Assembly (NCBI GenBank): GCA_050014375.1
Contig: JBEKDM010000003.1
Coordinates: forward strand, 1 to 40,464
Origin: Methanomassiliicoccales archaeon
GTDB lineage: Archaea > Thermoplasmatota > Thermoplasmata > Methanomassiliicoccales > UBA472
Length of the DNA: 40,464 bases
Direction: 5' to 3'
The translations under genes and the position numbers were made by a program. Positions 28,849-37,569 of the stretch are shown here, piece by piece. The notes beneath the pieces are model-generated. The model ran no database searches. It was not told where the DNA came from and worked only from the letters and a program-made list of their open reading frames with translations. Numbering within the stretch: the first letter of the stretch is position 1; each line of letters starts with the position of its first letter.

Positions 28849-29845
28849 ATGAGGGAGCGATTGCTGTCTGCTTTGGACCGCGGAACGGTGGATCGAGCGC
28901 CCTGCGTCAGTCCAGGCCAGACGGCTATTGCGGACCTCCAGCGGGCTGTGGGGGCGGAATGGCCTAAAGCACACCAAAACGCAGAGCTCATGACCAGGTT
29001 GGCCCTGGCTTCCGTCACCTTGGGCAACCAGGAAGGCACCAGGGTTCCCTTCGAGACTACAATGGATGCCTCGGCCTTCGGGGGGTTGAGATGGGGACAC
29101 CATTTAGGCATCCATATGTCATAGGACATCCCCTGGTCGATCAGGAAGCAGTGGACCGTGCCACGGTTCCGAACACCCGGAAGATGGCCGGGCGCCTGTT
29201 GTTCTGGAAGCAGTGCTCCAGCTACGACGTGAAGAGGCGCCGGTACTGTGTGCGGTCACCGCCCTATTCACTCTAGCCTGTTTCTTGCGCGGGGAGCGGG
29301 ACACTCTGATGGACCTCGTCATCAATCCTGCATTACTCGAGAAGGTGTTGTTTCTGGCCGAACAGTGGGGTGTTTCCTTCATACGAGAGGCGGTAGATGC
29401 GGGTGCCGATGTCATAGTCATCGAGGACACCTGGGCCAGCGGAGAGATCCTGTCGCAGGAGCAGTACAAAATCTTTGCCCTACCAGGCGAATAGATCCTG
29501 GCTCGGGCGGCGCATGAGATGGGTGCTAGCTCCATCCTTCACCAATGTGGCCGCCCCGGGAGCAACCTTGAACTTATGGCGGACAGCGGCGCGGACGGCC
29601 TCACCCTCCACCAGACAATGAATGTGATCGAGACCAAGAAGATACTTTCAGGCCGTTGTTCCATTGTTGGCAATCTTGACCCTCGGTCCATCGTTCAACT
29701 GGAACCCAAGGATATTAGAGCGCTCAGTACTCACTGCTTGGAGGAAGGGATCGACGTATTAGCCCCAGCTTGTGGGCTGGATCCAGCAACTCCGGTAAGG
29801 AACTTAAAGGCCATAGCGGAGGCCACACATCGATTCAAAAGGTAA
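28849..29845 (+). pseudogene. MtaA/CmuA-family methylcobamide:CoM methyltransferase (URO-D fold), disrupted
   Basis: Three frames join into one ~332-aa MtaA-like protein: RVPFETTMDASAFG / EMGTPFRHPYV..HP / DGRAPVVLEAV...AGADVIVIED...ILHQCG...GNLDP...APACG. Frameshifts at the G6 run 29080-29085 and near 29180, plus an in-frame TAG at 29492-29494. Confidence 0.85.
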
Positions 29846-29920
29846 ATGGGGTTTGAATTCATTCCCTGTTTCAAAGGAAACATGACCATTTCCGATGATG
29901 GATCCACCCCATCCAGTCTT

Positions 29921-30463
29921 TCAAAGCATCCGTCTCTCTATGAGCTCCCTGACCTTGATGACGTCCAGCAGTTCTTCGCTTCGGACCAGTGACATGCCAG
30001 CCCTGTTCCCCATCAATTCGACTATGACGATCGTCTGAGGATTCTCCAGGTCGACGATTCCCTTGTTGATGGGGGCGGTCAATTTCTCAATGATATCAGA
30101 TGAGTGCTTACCGATATGTCGCTTGTGGAGGTGCAGCATCCATCTCTCGTTGGCGGTGATCGTTTCCCCATACCCGGTCATGACCTTTAACATCTCCTCC
30201 ATGTAAGGTTCGACCCATTTCTCTATTGGCACCCAATGGTGTGTATAAGGGAATTGCTCGGGATCTTGAAAGCATAGTTTCTTTAGGTCCGCCACTACGT
30301 CCTTTGGGTCTCCAAGAACTCGAATCTCACACACACCTTCGACATTCGTGTGCTCGATACTGTCCACGTAGGCGTTCACATCATTGAGCCTCGATCTTAT
30401 TTCATTCTCAGCGTGACCTTTCTGGTTCGGGCGAAAGGTCACCAACATATTGCCGGCTACCAT
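29921..30463 (-). CDS. Stand-alone THUMP-domain protein
   Basis: WVPIEKWV, KRH, and VDLENPQTIVIVELMG, the typical THUMP C-terminal strand motif. Confidence 0.75.
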   Translation of the reverse strand: MVAGNMLVTFRPNQKGHAENEIRSRLNDVNAYVDSIEHTNVEGVCEIRVLGDPKDVVADLKKLCFQDPEQFPYTHHWVPIEKWVEPYMEEMLKVMTGYGETITANERWMLHLHKRHIGKHSSDIIEKLTAPINKGIVDLENPQTIVIVELMGNRAGMSLVRSEELLDVIKVRELIERRML

Positions 30464-30789
30464 TTTTTCACCCTCTATTTGTTATTAGGAAGTTGCCTGT
30501 AGTTCATGCTTTCGGAATCGTATGACAAATTTCCGTCCTAATCCAGCGGTCTCTTTCCTGTTAATCAGCTAATGGGTAATACAGAAGATCCAAGACCGTC
30601 AGACCGGTCCCTTATGTCCAGCTTCTGTTTGTTCGGTATTGGCAGTATAGGGCTGAGCGTTCTGTTAGTTGCCCCCACAGAACCGATCCATTCACGGGAG
30701 CGAGTACCGAGGACGAAGTCACGGCAACAATTTTCCGAACAAGCACCATGACCAGATCGCCGTCAAGGTATGAAAGTAATTCAACGACC

Positions 30790-31413
30790 CTACCTTCGCA
30801 TCGAGCTCAACAGATATTCCACTACAACGTCCGCTTGTTTTGCGGCTGCGATATTCACTCTTGGAGAGAGCGGAGGAGCCGATTCAACACCTGTTGTAAG
30901 ATCGCCAATGAGAACGAAATTCTCCTTAATCCGATGCACCTTGATCTCGTCGTTTCTGCCTGCACCAGCTAACCCAGAGGCCGAAACTATCAACTTCTTG
31001 ATCGGAAGCAGCTTCGTGACCAGCATAGTCTTGTATTGGGCCTTGTCAAAAGCTTCCACAACGATATCACAATCTTGAAAGATCTCGATTATGTTGCCGC
31101 TCTCGATCTTTTCTGTAGATGTTTCAAGCTCGATGTCCGGGCTGATCCGTTGAAGATTGATCTTCAATGCTTCGACCTTCATCATTCCCACTTGGTCCAG
31201 GAAATAGAACTGCCTGTTCAGGTTCTTATGTTCTACAACATCGAAGTCGACGATCTTCAGCTTCCTGACCCCGGTCCGCACCAGGTTGAAAGCGCAATTA
31301 GAGCCCAATCCCCCGGCGCCCGCGATCCCTATCTTGGTTGACCGGATCTTGGCGAGGTTCTCATCACCTAGGTAAGAGGTAAGCGCATTTTCGAAATCAT
31401 TGTATCGGTTCAT
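30790..31413 (-). CDS. thiF: ThiS adenylyltransferase ThiF
   Basis: GIAGAGGLGSN, DFDVVEHKNLNRQ and EAFD. Last gene of the thi operon. Confidence 0.9.
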   Translation of the reverse strand: MNRYNDFENALTSYLGDENLAKIRSTKIGIAGAGGLGSNCAFNLVRTGVRKLKIVDFDVVEHKNLNRQFYFLDQVGMMKVEALKINLQRISPDIELETSTEKIESGNIIEIFQDCDIVVEAFDKAQYKTMLVTKLLPIKKLIVSASGLAGAGRNDEIKVHRIKENFVLIGDLTTGVESAPPLSPRVNIAAAKQADVVVEYLLSSMRR

Positions 31414-32524
31414 GCAACGCCCCCACCCAGTCCTTCATGATGGGTTGATAGCCTTTCTGCAGCAATTCCTTTTTTATCTCATCGAGGCTCCTTTTGTCGG
31501 ATATCTCGAACTGGCCGCTGTTCTGCTCGGAACCGTTCACGGTGTGACCGCCTACGGACGTGTCAGATTCAGCGGACATCTTGGTGATGCCCAACGGGAT
31601 CAGATGATCTCGGAGCGTCGCGCTTTCCCGTGTGGATAGTGTAAGACCGACTCGCGGCAGAAAGTTGCGTAATGCCACTATCATCTGGACGAGGTTCTTG
31701 TCGGATACCGGGATAGTGCTGTCGAACCTACCGGTATGTTCCCGTATCCTTGGCACGGAGATGCTTATCTCACAGTCCGGATACTTGTCTCGTAGATATT
31801 TGGCATGCAGTCCGACAAGATATGCGTCCGCTCTCCAGTCGTTCAATCCGAGCAGGGCGCCGATGTTCACCGTTCTCATGCCTGCCTTAGCCGCGCGCTC
31901 TGGGGCATCAAGCCGGAAACGATAGTTCTTCTTTGGACCGGCGATATGAACCCGATCGTAAACCTCTCTGTCGTAGCTTTCTTGAAAGAGGACCATGCCG
32001 TCCACGCCATCAGTTATCAAGGTGGAATATTCCTTTTCCTCCAAAGGATATACCTCGATCGAAACGGAGCTGAAGTATTCCCTCAAGACGTCCACTCGCT
32101 CCGAGATGTAGCCGACAGAGGTATGACCTCTTGACTCTCCGGTCAGGATGAGGATGTGCTTGAAGCCTTTCGATGCCAGGTATCCCGCTTCTTTCTTGGT
32201 CTCTTCGACCGTCAGCTTCTTGCGGGGGATGTCGTTCTTTACGTTGAAGCCGCAATAAGCGCATTGGTTGACACAATGGTTTGAGAGATACATCGGTGTG
32301 AAAAGGAGCATCGTTCTTCCGAAGTGCTGCGTGGTCAAATTATGGGCTCTTCGTGCCATCGTCTCGAGGTATTCTTCCGCGCATGGGGACAAAAGTGCCA
32401 GCAGATCCTCGTCACCCGCCCTCGGATTGGCCATAGCCATGGCCACCTCTTCTCTCGTGACCTTGCTGAAGCGTTCCGTTAATTCCGATGTATCTGTTTT
32501 ATTACAAATATCGTAGAATGTCAT
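31397..32524 (-). CDS. thiH: 2-iminoacetate synthase (radical SAM tyrosine lyase) ThiH
   Basis: PMYLSNHCVNQCAYCGF, FQESYD, GALLGL, LSTRE, TSVGG and QFEISD.R, KDW. Confidence 0.92.
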   Translation of the reverse strand: MTFYDICNKTDTSELTERFSKVTREEVAMAMANPRAGDEDLLALLSPCAEEYLETMARRAHNLTTQHFGRTMLLFTPMYLSNHCVNQCAYCGFNVKNDIPRKKLTVEETKKEAGYLASKGFKHILILTGESRGHTSVGYISERVDVLREYFSSVSIEVYPLEEKEYSTLITDGVDGMVLFQESYDREVYDRVHIAGPKKNYRFRLDAPERAAKAGMRTVNIGALLGLNDWRADAYLVGLHAKYLRDKYPDCEISISVPRIREHTGRFDSTIPVSDKNLVQMIVALRNFLPRVGLTLSTRESATLRDHLIPLGITKMSAESDTSVGGHTVNGSEQNSGQFEISDKRSLDEIKKELLQKGYQPIMKDWVGALHEPIQ

Positions 32525-32528
32525 TCAT

Positions 32529-33305
32529 CTATTGTTTCTCATTCCTTAGGAACCCGGTCAGGGGTGATGAAGCGCTTGCATATTCTTGCGAAGGAGGTGT
32601 TCCTGACAAGTATGCCAGTCTCCCGGCGCTTACGGCGTCCTTGAACGCTCTTGCCATGCCTTTTGGATCTCTTGCAGTAGCGATCGCTGTGTTCACCAGG
32701 ACCGCTGCGCACCCCATCTCCATGCATTCGGCGGCCTCGGACGGCCTTCCAATCCCCGCATCAACTATCACTGGAACTGGCATCTCTTCAACCAATATCC
32801 TGACCATCTCCTTCGTCTTGATACCTCTATTGCTTCCGATCGGCGAGCCAAGGGGCATGACCGCTGCCGCGCCAGCTTCGACCAGTTTCCTCGCCACGGT
32901 CAGGTCAGGGCTCATATACGGCAACACCACGAACCCTTCGTCAGCCAATACCTTGGTCGCTTTTATCGTCTCGATGTTGTCTGGAAGGAGATACTTCTGA
33001 TCGGAGACGATCTCTATCTTCACCCAATTCCCGCAGCCGGCCATCTTGGCGATCCTGGCGATACGGACCGCCTCTTCGGCGTTTCTAGCTCCGGACGTGT
33101 TTGGCATCAGGATGCAGTTCTTTGGGATGTAATTCAACGGATTATCGGTATCGGAACTCGTATCTACTCTTCTGAGCGCCACGGTGACGACCTCTGCGGA
33201 GGCTTCCTCAAGCGCATCCCTCATGATCTCATAACTTCCATATTTCCCTGTGCCGATAAAAAGACGGTTGGAGATCTTTCTGTTCCTTATGACCAGTTCG
33301 TCCAC
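32529..33305 (-). CDS. thiG: Thiazole synthase ThiG
   Basis: [41 protein letters not shown] and VDAGIG.PS. Confidence 0.95.
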   Translation of the reverse strand: MDELVIRNRKISNRLFIGTGKYGSYEIMRDALEEASAEVVTVALRRVDTSSDTDNPLNYIPKNCILMPNTSGARNAEEAVRIARIAKMAGCGNWVKIEIVSDQKYLLPDNIETIKATKVLADEGFVVLPYMSPDLTVARKLVEAGAAAVMPLGSPIGSNRGIKTKEMVRILVEEMPVPVIVDAGIGRPSEAAECMEMGCAAVLVNTAIATARDPKGMARAFKDAVSAGRLAYLSGTPPSQEYASASSPLTGFLRNEKQ

Positions 33306-33307
33306 GG

Positions 33308-34189
33308 TCAGCCACCGCCCACAAAGCTGATGATCTCAATGACATCGTTGTACTTGATATCTGTGGACCCCCACTCCTCCGGAGGAACCAGATTGGAGTT
33401 GTGCTCTACAACTATATGATCAATCTTGAAACCCTTATGTGTTACGAGATCTTGCAGGGTCGATCCGATCTCGACCGATTCCTCCTTTCCATTCACTCTT
33501 ATCATCATCTTCGCACCATTCCCGACGATTCTTTCCTTCAGCTCTTGTACCCTGGATGCAATGTTCTCTGCTTGAGTTATCGCTCGTATTACTGCAATGT
33601 TCTCTGCACCTTTCTCAAGGAGGACATCCACGTTATCGAGCGTTATCCCGCCGATGAGAACGATGGGTTTGGTTGCCAGCCTTAGTACGGTCGACACATC
33701 CTCGGTTCCGATGTAATAGTCCTTTGTCTGGGTAGGAAAGACCGGACCGAAAGCGATGTAGTCCACATCAAATGAGTTAGCCTGCCTCACCTGTTCTATG
33801 GAGTGGGTTGATAGTCCGATGATCCTGTCCCGCCCGATGATATTCCTTGTCCTTTCCAGTGTCCACTCTTCAATGTCCTCCTGACCGAGATGGACGCCGT
33901 CGGCGTCAACTTCTTTCGCTAGTATGGGATCATCGTTCACGATGAACAGGACACCCTGTTCTTTGCATGATCTGGAGAGCTCTCTCCCGAGGATCGATCG
34001 CTCTCCGTAGCTCTTACGCTTCTCTCGCATCTGAAGAACGTCGATACCCCCCTTGATGGCTTCTTTCGAGACCTCGACGGTACTTCTTCCGTTCGAAACG
34101 TCCTCTTCAGTGACGAGGTATAAGCAAGGATGGGTGAATATTTTCAAGTTCAGATCTCCGATCATCGATCCATCTGTTCGAAAGGCCAT
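33308..34189 (-). CDS. thiE: Thiamine-phosphate synthase ThiE fused to C-terminal sulfur carrier ThiS
   Basis: ThiE motifs [34 protein letters not shown] and IGGI run without a stop into IRVNG...VVEHN...[10 protein letters not shown] (ThiS). Start uncertain (34189 or 34165). Confidence 0.88.
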   Translation of the reverse strand: MAFRTDGSMIGDLNLKIFTHPCLYLVTEEDVSNGRSTVEVSKEAIKGGIDVLQMREKRKSYGERSILGRELSRSCKEQGVLFIVNDDPILAKEVDADGVHLGQEDIEEWTLERTRNIIGRDRIIGLSTHSIEQVRQANSFDVDYIAFGPVFPTQTKDYYIGTEDVSTVLRLATKPIVLIGGITLDNVDVLLEKGAENIAVIRAITQAENIASRVQELKERIVGNGAKMMIRVNGKEESVEIGSTLQDLVTHKGFKIDHIVVEHNSNLVPPEEWGSTDIKYNDVIEIISFVGGG

Positions 34190-34401
34190 GACCTTTTTCC
34201 AATTAAAATATGTGGAAACTCGACCTTGCCTAAACGAATCTGAAGTTCACCATCATGAAGTCCAAGGAACCGATCCTCTCTTGCGCACCGCCGATGCCTT
34301 TTTTCATATCTTACTTGGTGGAGAGTGGTAGGTTATCAATCCCTCAGAAAACTTGATTGATGTTGGCAGCTCGGTCGATATTAGAGTTACGAACCTAACT
34401 A

Positions 34402-34810
34402 TCACCTATGTAAAATAAGCTCCCCGCCTTGATAACATCGATTTCATCCTACATCATACTTTTCCATTGCCGCTCCGACTGTCGATAGTCCTTCTGATCA
34501 CAGCGGTCTGACATTCACCTATCCGCGGTCGCGATGGCGCCGCATGATGACCGATTCGTCACCTGTCCCATTGATCCGCCGCAATCAATTTTGGGCGTTC
34601 TATAGACGCATGACAGTACCCACGGTCAGGTCAATGAGCGTGATATACCTGTCTTTTCTTGAGCATTTGATAGATGATGCCGAGCAACTTCCTGGCCATG
34701 GCCGCATTGGCCTTCACTTTGGTGCGATCGAGGGCGACCCGGCCAATCTCAGCAATGATCCAGTTCACCAAGGAATACGAGGACATCGGGACCCGTGATT
34801 CCCGTTTCAT
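34402..34810 (-). mobile_element. IS110-family relic: internally deleted transposase (34631-34810) plus downstream non-coding end
   Basis: A 59-aa frame ...WIIAEIGRV...KANAAMARKLLGIIYQMLKKRQVY joins two hallmark IS110 C-terminal motifs (ILAEIGD and KAxxAxARKLLxIIYxML). About 230 nt of structured non-coding DNA follows. The boundary is approximate. Confidence 0.7.
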
Positions 34811-34815
34811 GATAT

Positions 34816-35218
34816 TTGCGGATTGGTAGCAAAGGGAGTCAATGGATCATGTTTGGCCCGGTCCAGATGGTCAACGATGTTCCGCCCGGAACTGAGGTGT
34901 TCGCAGACCCTATGAATCAAAGTGTTCCTCAACCTGATGCAGAACGCGATGCGACACGGAGGCAAGATCACCACCATCCGCTTCTCCCTCGAAGAACGAA
35001 ATGGAGTTCGTTCCATCGTTAGCGAGGATGATGGAATCGGCATCCCTGCGGATATGAAAGAGAAACTGTTCACCAAAGGAATCGGGAAGGACCATGGTTT
35101 CGGCCTCTTCCTCTCCCGCGAGATCCTCGCTATCACCAGTATTACCGTCACGGAGGAGGGCGAACCGGGGAAAGGGGCCAAATTCGTCATGATCATACCC
35201 TGTGCGGGATCAGAGTAA
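34816..35218 (+). pseudogene. Sensor histidine kinase fragment (HATPase_c only, frameshifted)
   Basis: EVFADPM / KVFLNLMQNAMRHG (N box), EDDGIGIP (G1), GFGLFLSREIL (G2) and GKGAKF. Frameshift near 34915. No sensor or HisKA part. Abuts the IS110 relic. Confidence 0.8.
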
Positions 35219-35534
35219 CCTGCCCTTGAAAGTTGATGAAGGCCATTCAGGGGCTTAGGACCCTTTCACTCAAGGTTAAAGCGGTCGCCTCGAGAGGTGA
35301 GCGAAAATGCCATGTTCGTCAGTTCACAGGGTCTTTCCGCACGTCGCCGGCCTTTCTCCAAATTCCCACAATTGTTTATTAAGACGATGGCGCGCAATTA
35401 TGTTTTTAAATCGTCATCACCGAATGGAGGAGTTGCGGGGAGGCGGGTTATTAAGAGGATGGCGAAGTGCCAACAATGTTTTTAAGGACTTACAGGGCAA
35501 AGTGCAATAAAATAATAGAACCATTCTTTCAGCT

Positions 35535-37472
35535 ATGCATGAACATCTTCTGAGCCGGGAAGATATCATCAAAGCTTTCGGGATAAAAGAGTTCCAGAAA
35601 GGTCTAGCATATTGTATGGAAGGGAGGATCGTCTCAGCCATGGAGACTGACGGAACATTGTGTGGCAGAGTGCAGGGGACGATGGACCGACCCTATGATG
35701 TAGAGATAGACCTGAGCGATCTCGAAGAATCTGTCTGCTCCTGCCCCGTCGAGAGCATGTGCAAGCACTGCGCAGCGTTGCTCATAGCCTACGTGGATGG
35801 AAGCATCTCCAGCCTCAATGATATCAAGGAGAAGATAGCAAGGCTCAGCGAAGAGGAGGCGAAGGCGATGCTGGTTAAAGTGGCCATGCACAACTCTGAT
35901 GTGGCCCGTGATATCATGAGAGGTCCGGAGGCATGCACCTGGCTCGGTACCAAAATGGCCGTCGTGATCAAGGCATTGAGGGGATGCAATGAGATTGAGG
36001 AGCTTTCGGAGGACTGCGAAACCCTGCGCACAATGGTCGAAGGCGTGCATAGCTCCGATGCTCCGCCCCGAGAGATCATGCAATTATGCTTCGCCGTAGC
36101 TTCTGAGGCATTGGACGCGTTGGATAGGGTACAGGGGGATCCCTACGAGGACTTGGAGGGGCTTGTCCTCTGCACTATGGGCCTATTTGACGAGGCGGTC
36201 AGGTCGCTTCCGGACGACACCCTCGATGACGCTCTGGATACAGCAATGGCGTTTTTCGGTCGGGATGGGGACGGAATCGGCCTGGAAAATATGCCATTGG
36301 CCTTTGCATCCAGGCTCGGACCGGACCGGATCCTGGAGAGGTTCCGGGAGGAACAAAGAAAGAAAGGTCCGGCAGCCCAGGGCATTAGACGCATAGGGAT
36401 GCGGTATCTAGGATATTGTGCGCATATGGTGGCGGGTGATACTGATAGAGCGGTCGAGGCGTTGCTCTCAGATGGTGCCTCGGAGGAAGACATGGTGCTG
36501 GCAGCCAATACTTGGGCCTTGCAAAGAAAATGGGATAAGTCCAGGCAAGTTCTGGAGTCGGGGATTTGGATGAAGAACAAGAGGGAAAGGGCTTTTTTGT
36601 TGCTCAATACATATATGCATCAGGGTCCCGAAGCAGACATTCCATCGGCCCAGAACATAATCGGACTTCTCCGATCGATTGACGGTCGCGTCGACCAAGG
36701 GAAGATCGGCAATATCCTGATGATGCTTCGGCGCACGGAGAGCGATGGCATTTTGGGTGATATGATCGAACGTGAGAAACTAGGTGTAAGGATGAAGGTC
36801 CAGCTCCTTGCCGATTTGGGACGATGGGAATCGGTCATGCGTGAGATCGGAAAGGTGAAGATATGGGACCAGTATGAAATCTGGAATCTTGCTTCCATGG
36901 CATCCTCCAGACCGGATATCTCGACCAGGCTTGTCCTTATCGCACTATCGATCTCTGGTGAATACATGTCCCTAGATCACCGGGCCACGCTCGCGGCAGC
37001 GGTGAAGAATATGAAGGAGGAGGACCTGGTGGTCTTGGAACGATCGAACCTGATCAAATTGGGAATCGCTCCGCTCGTAGCCACCGAACTGGCCCCTCGT
37101 TTTCCCCAAAAGTCGATGAACTTGTTGAAAGCATGCTTGCCGGATATGGACCCCCAAATGCTGGCGGATATGATGTCAGCCCTGAGCGACAAGCGCATGG
37201 CCGCCGAATTGGGCGAGGCATGGCTTAGGCGGAAGTTGAACGTGAGCCCAAGGTACGACCGCATCAGAACTGTGCTGACAGTAATGCGCTGCATCCTGTC
37301 CGAAGAAGACTGGAATCGGATGAAGGATACGTTGCTGAAGGAGTTCCCTGGCAGGGCGGCGCTGAGGAACACGTTCGATGAAGTCGAGTCCGTGGCCGAA
37401 TTCACTGGTAAGATTCCTCCGATGATATGGAATGAGAAAGTTTCTTCGAGGCGGCGCCCTAAACGTTCTTAG
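35535..37472 (+). CDS. SWIM zinc-finger domain protein with long helical C-terminal region
   Basis: GRVQGT..PYDVEID...CSCP...CKHCAALL (CxCxnCxH). 645-aa open frame. Confidence 0.82.
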   Translation: MHEHLLSREDIIKAFGIKEFQKGLAYCMEGRIVSAMETDGTLCGRVQGTMDRPYDVEIDLSDLEESVCSCPVESMCKHCAALLIAYVDGSISSLNDIKEKIARLSEEEAKAMLVKVAMHNSDVARDIMRGPEACTWLGTKMAVVIKALRGCNEIEELSEDCETLRTMVEGVHSSDAPPREIMQLCFAVASEALDALDRVQGDPYEDLEGLVLCTMGLFDEAVRSLPDDTLDDALDTAMAFFGRDGDGIGLENMPLAFASRLGPDRILERFREEQRKKGPAAQGIRRIGMRYLGYCAHMVAGDTDRAVEALLSDGASEEDMVLAANTWALQRKWDKSRQVLESGIWMKNKRERAFLLLNTYMHQGPEADIPSAQNIIGLLRSIDGRVDQGKIGNILMMLRRTESDGILGDMIEREKLGVRMKVQLLADLGRWESVMREIGKVKIWDQYEIWNLASMASSRPDISTRLVLIALSISGEYMSLDHRATLAAAVKNMKEEDLVVLERSNLIKLGIAPLVATELAPRFPQKSMNLLKACLPDMDPQMLADMMSALSDKRMAAELGEAWLRRKLNVSPRYDRIRTVLTVMRCILSEEDWNRMKDTLLKEFPGRAALRNTFDEVESVAEFTGKIPPMIWNEKVSSRRRPKRS

Positions 37473-37569
37473 GATTATCGATAAAGATCACATAAAACCA
37501 AAATGGTCCAGACCTCCGCTATGTGCAGAACATTTTAGAAATAAATACCTTGAAAGGTTATCATGTTCG

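Noticed and set aside
29921-30463. THUMP protein as ThiI of the thiamine operon
   Set aside because: No PP-loop or rhodanese domain, and it lies 326 nt from thiF. It is more like a stand-alone tRNA-modification adaptor.
30645-30705. TPP-aptamer-like words (GCTGAG...GAACCGATCC)
   Set aside because: Wrong strand and position (3' of thiF, antisense) and the consensus is incomplete. The overlapping 59-aa ORF 30572-30751 also has no support.
34190-34400. TPP riboswitch upstream of the thi operon
   Set aside because: Only a CTGAG fragment is present on the minus strand. No CCTGA/P4-P5 consensus or P1 pairing found.
14672-37569. N-terminal extensions in the ORF track (14672, 16769, 21529, 22172, 23727, 24893, 26320, 37432)
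   Set aside because: They overlap promoters or neighbouring genes. Downstream ATGs fit SD/TATA spacing and family N-termini better.
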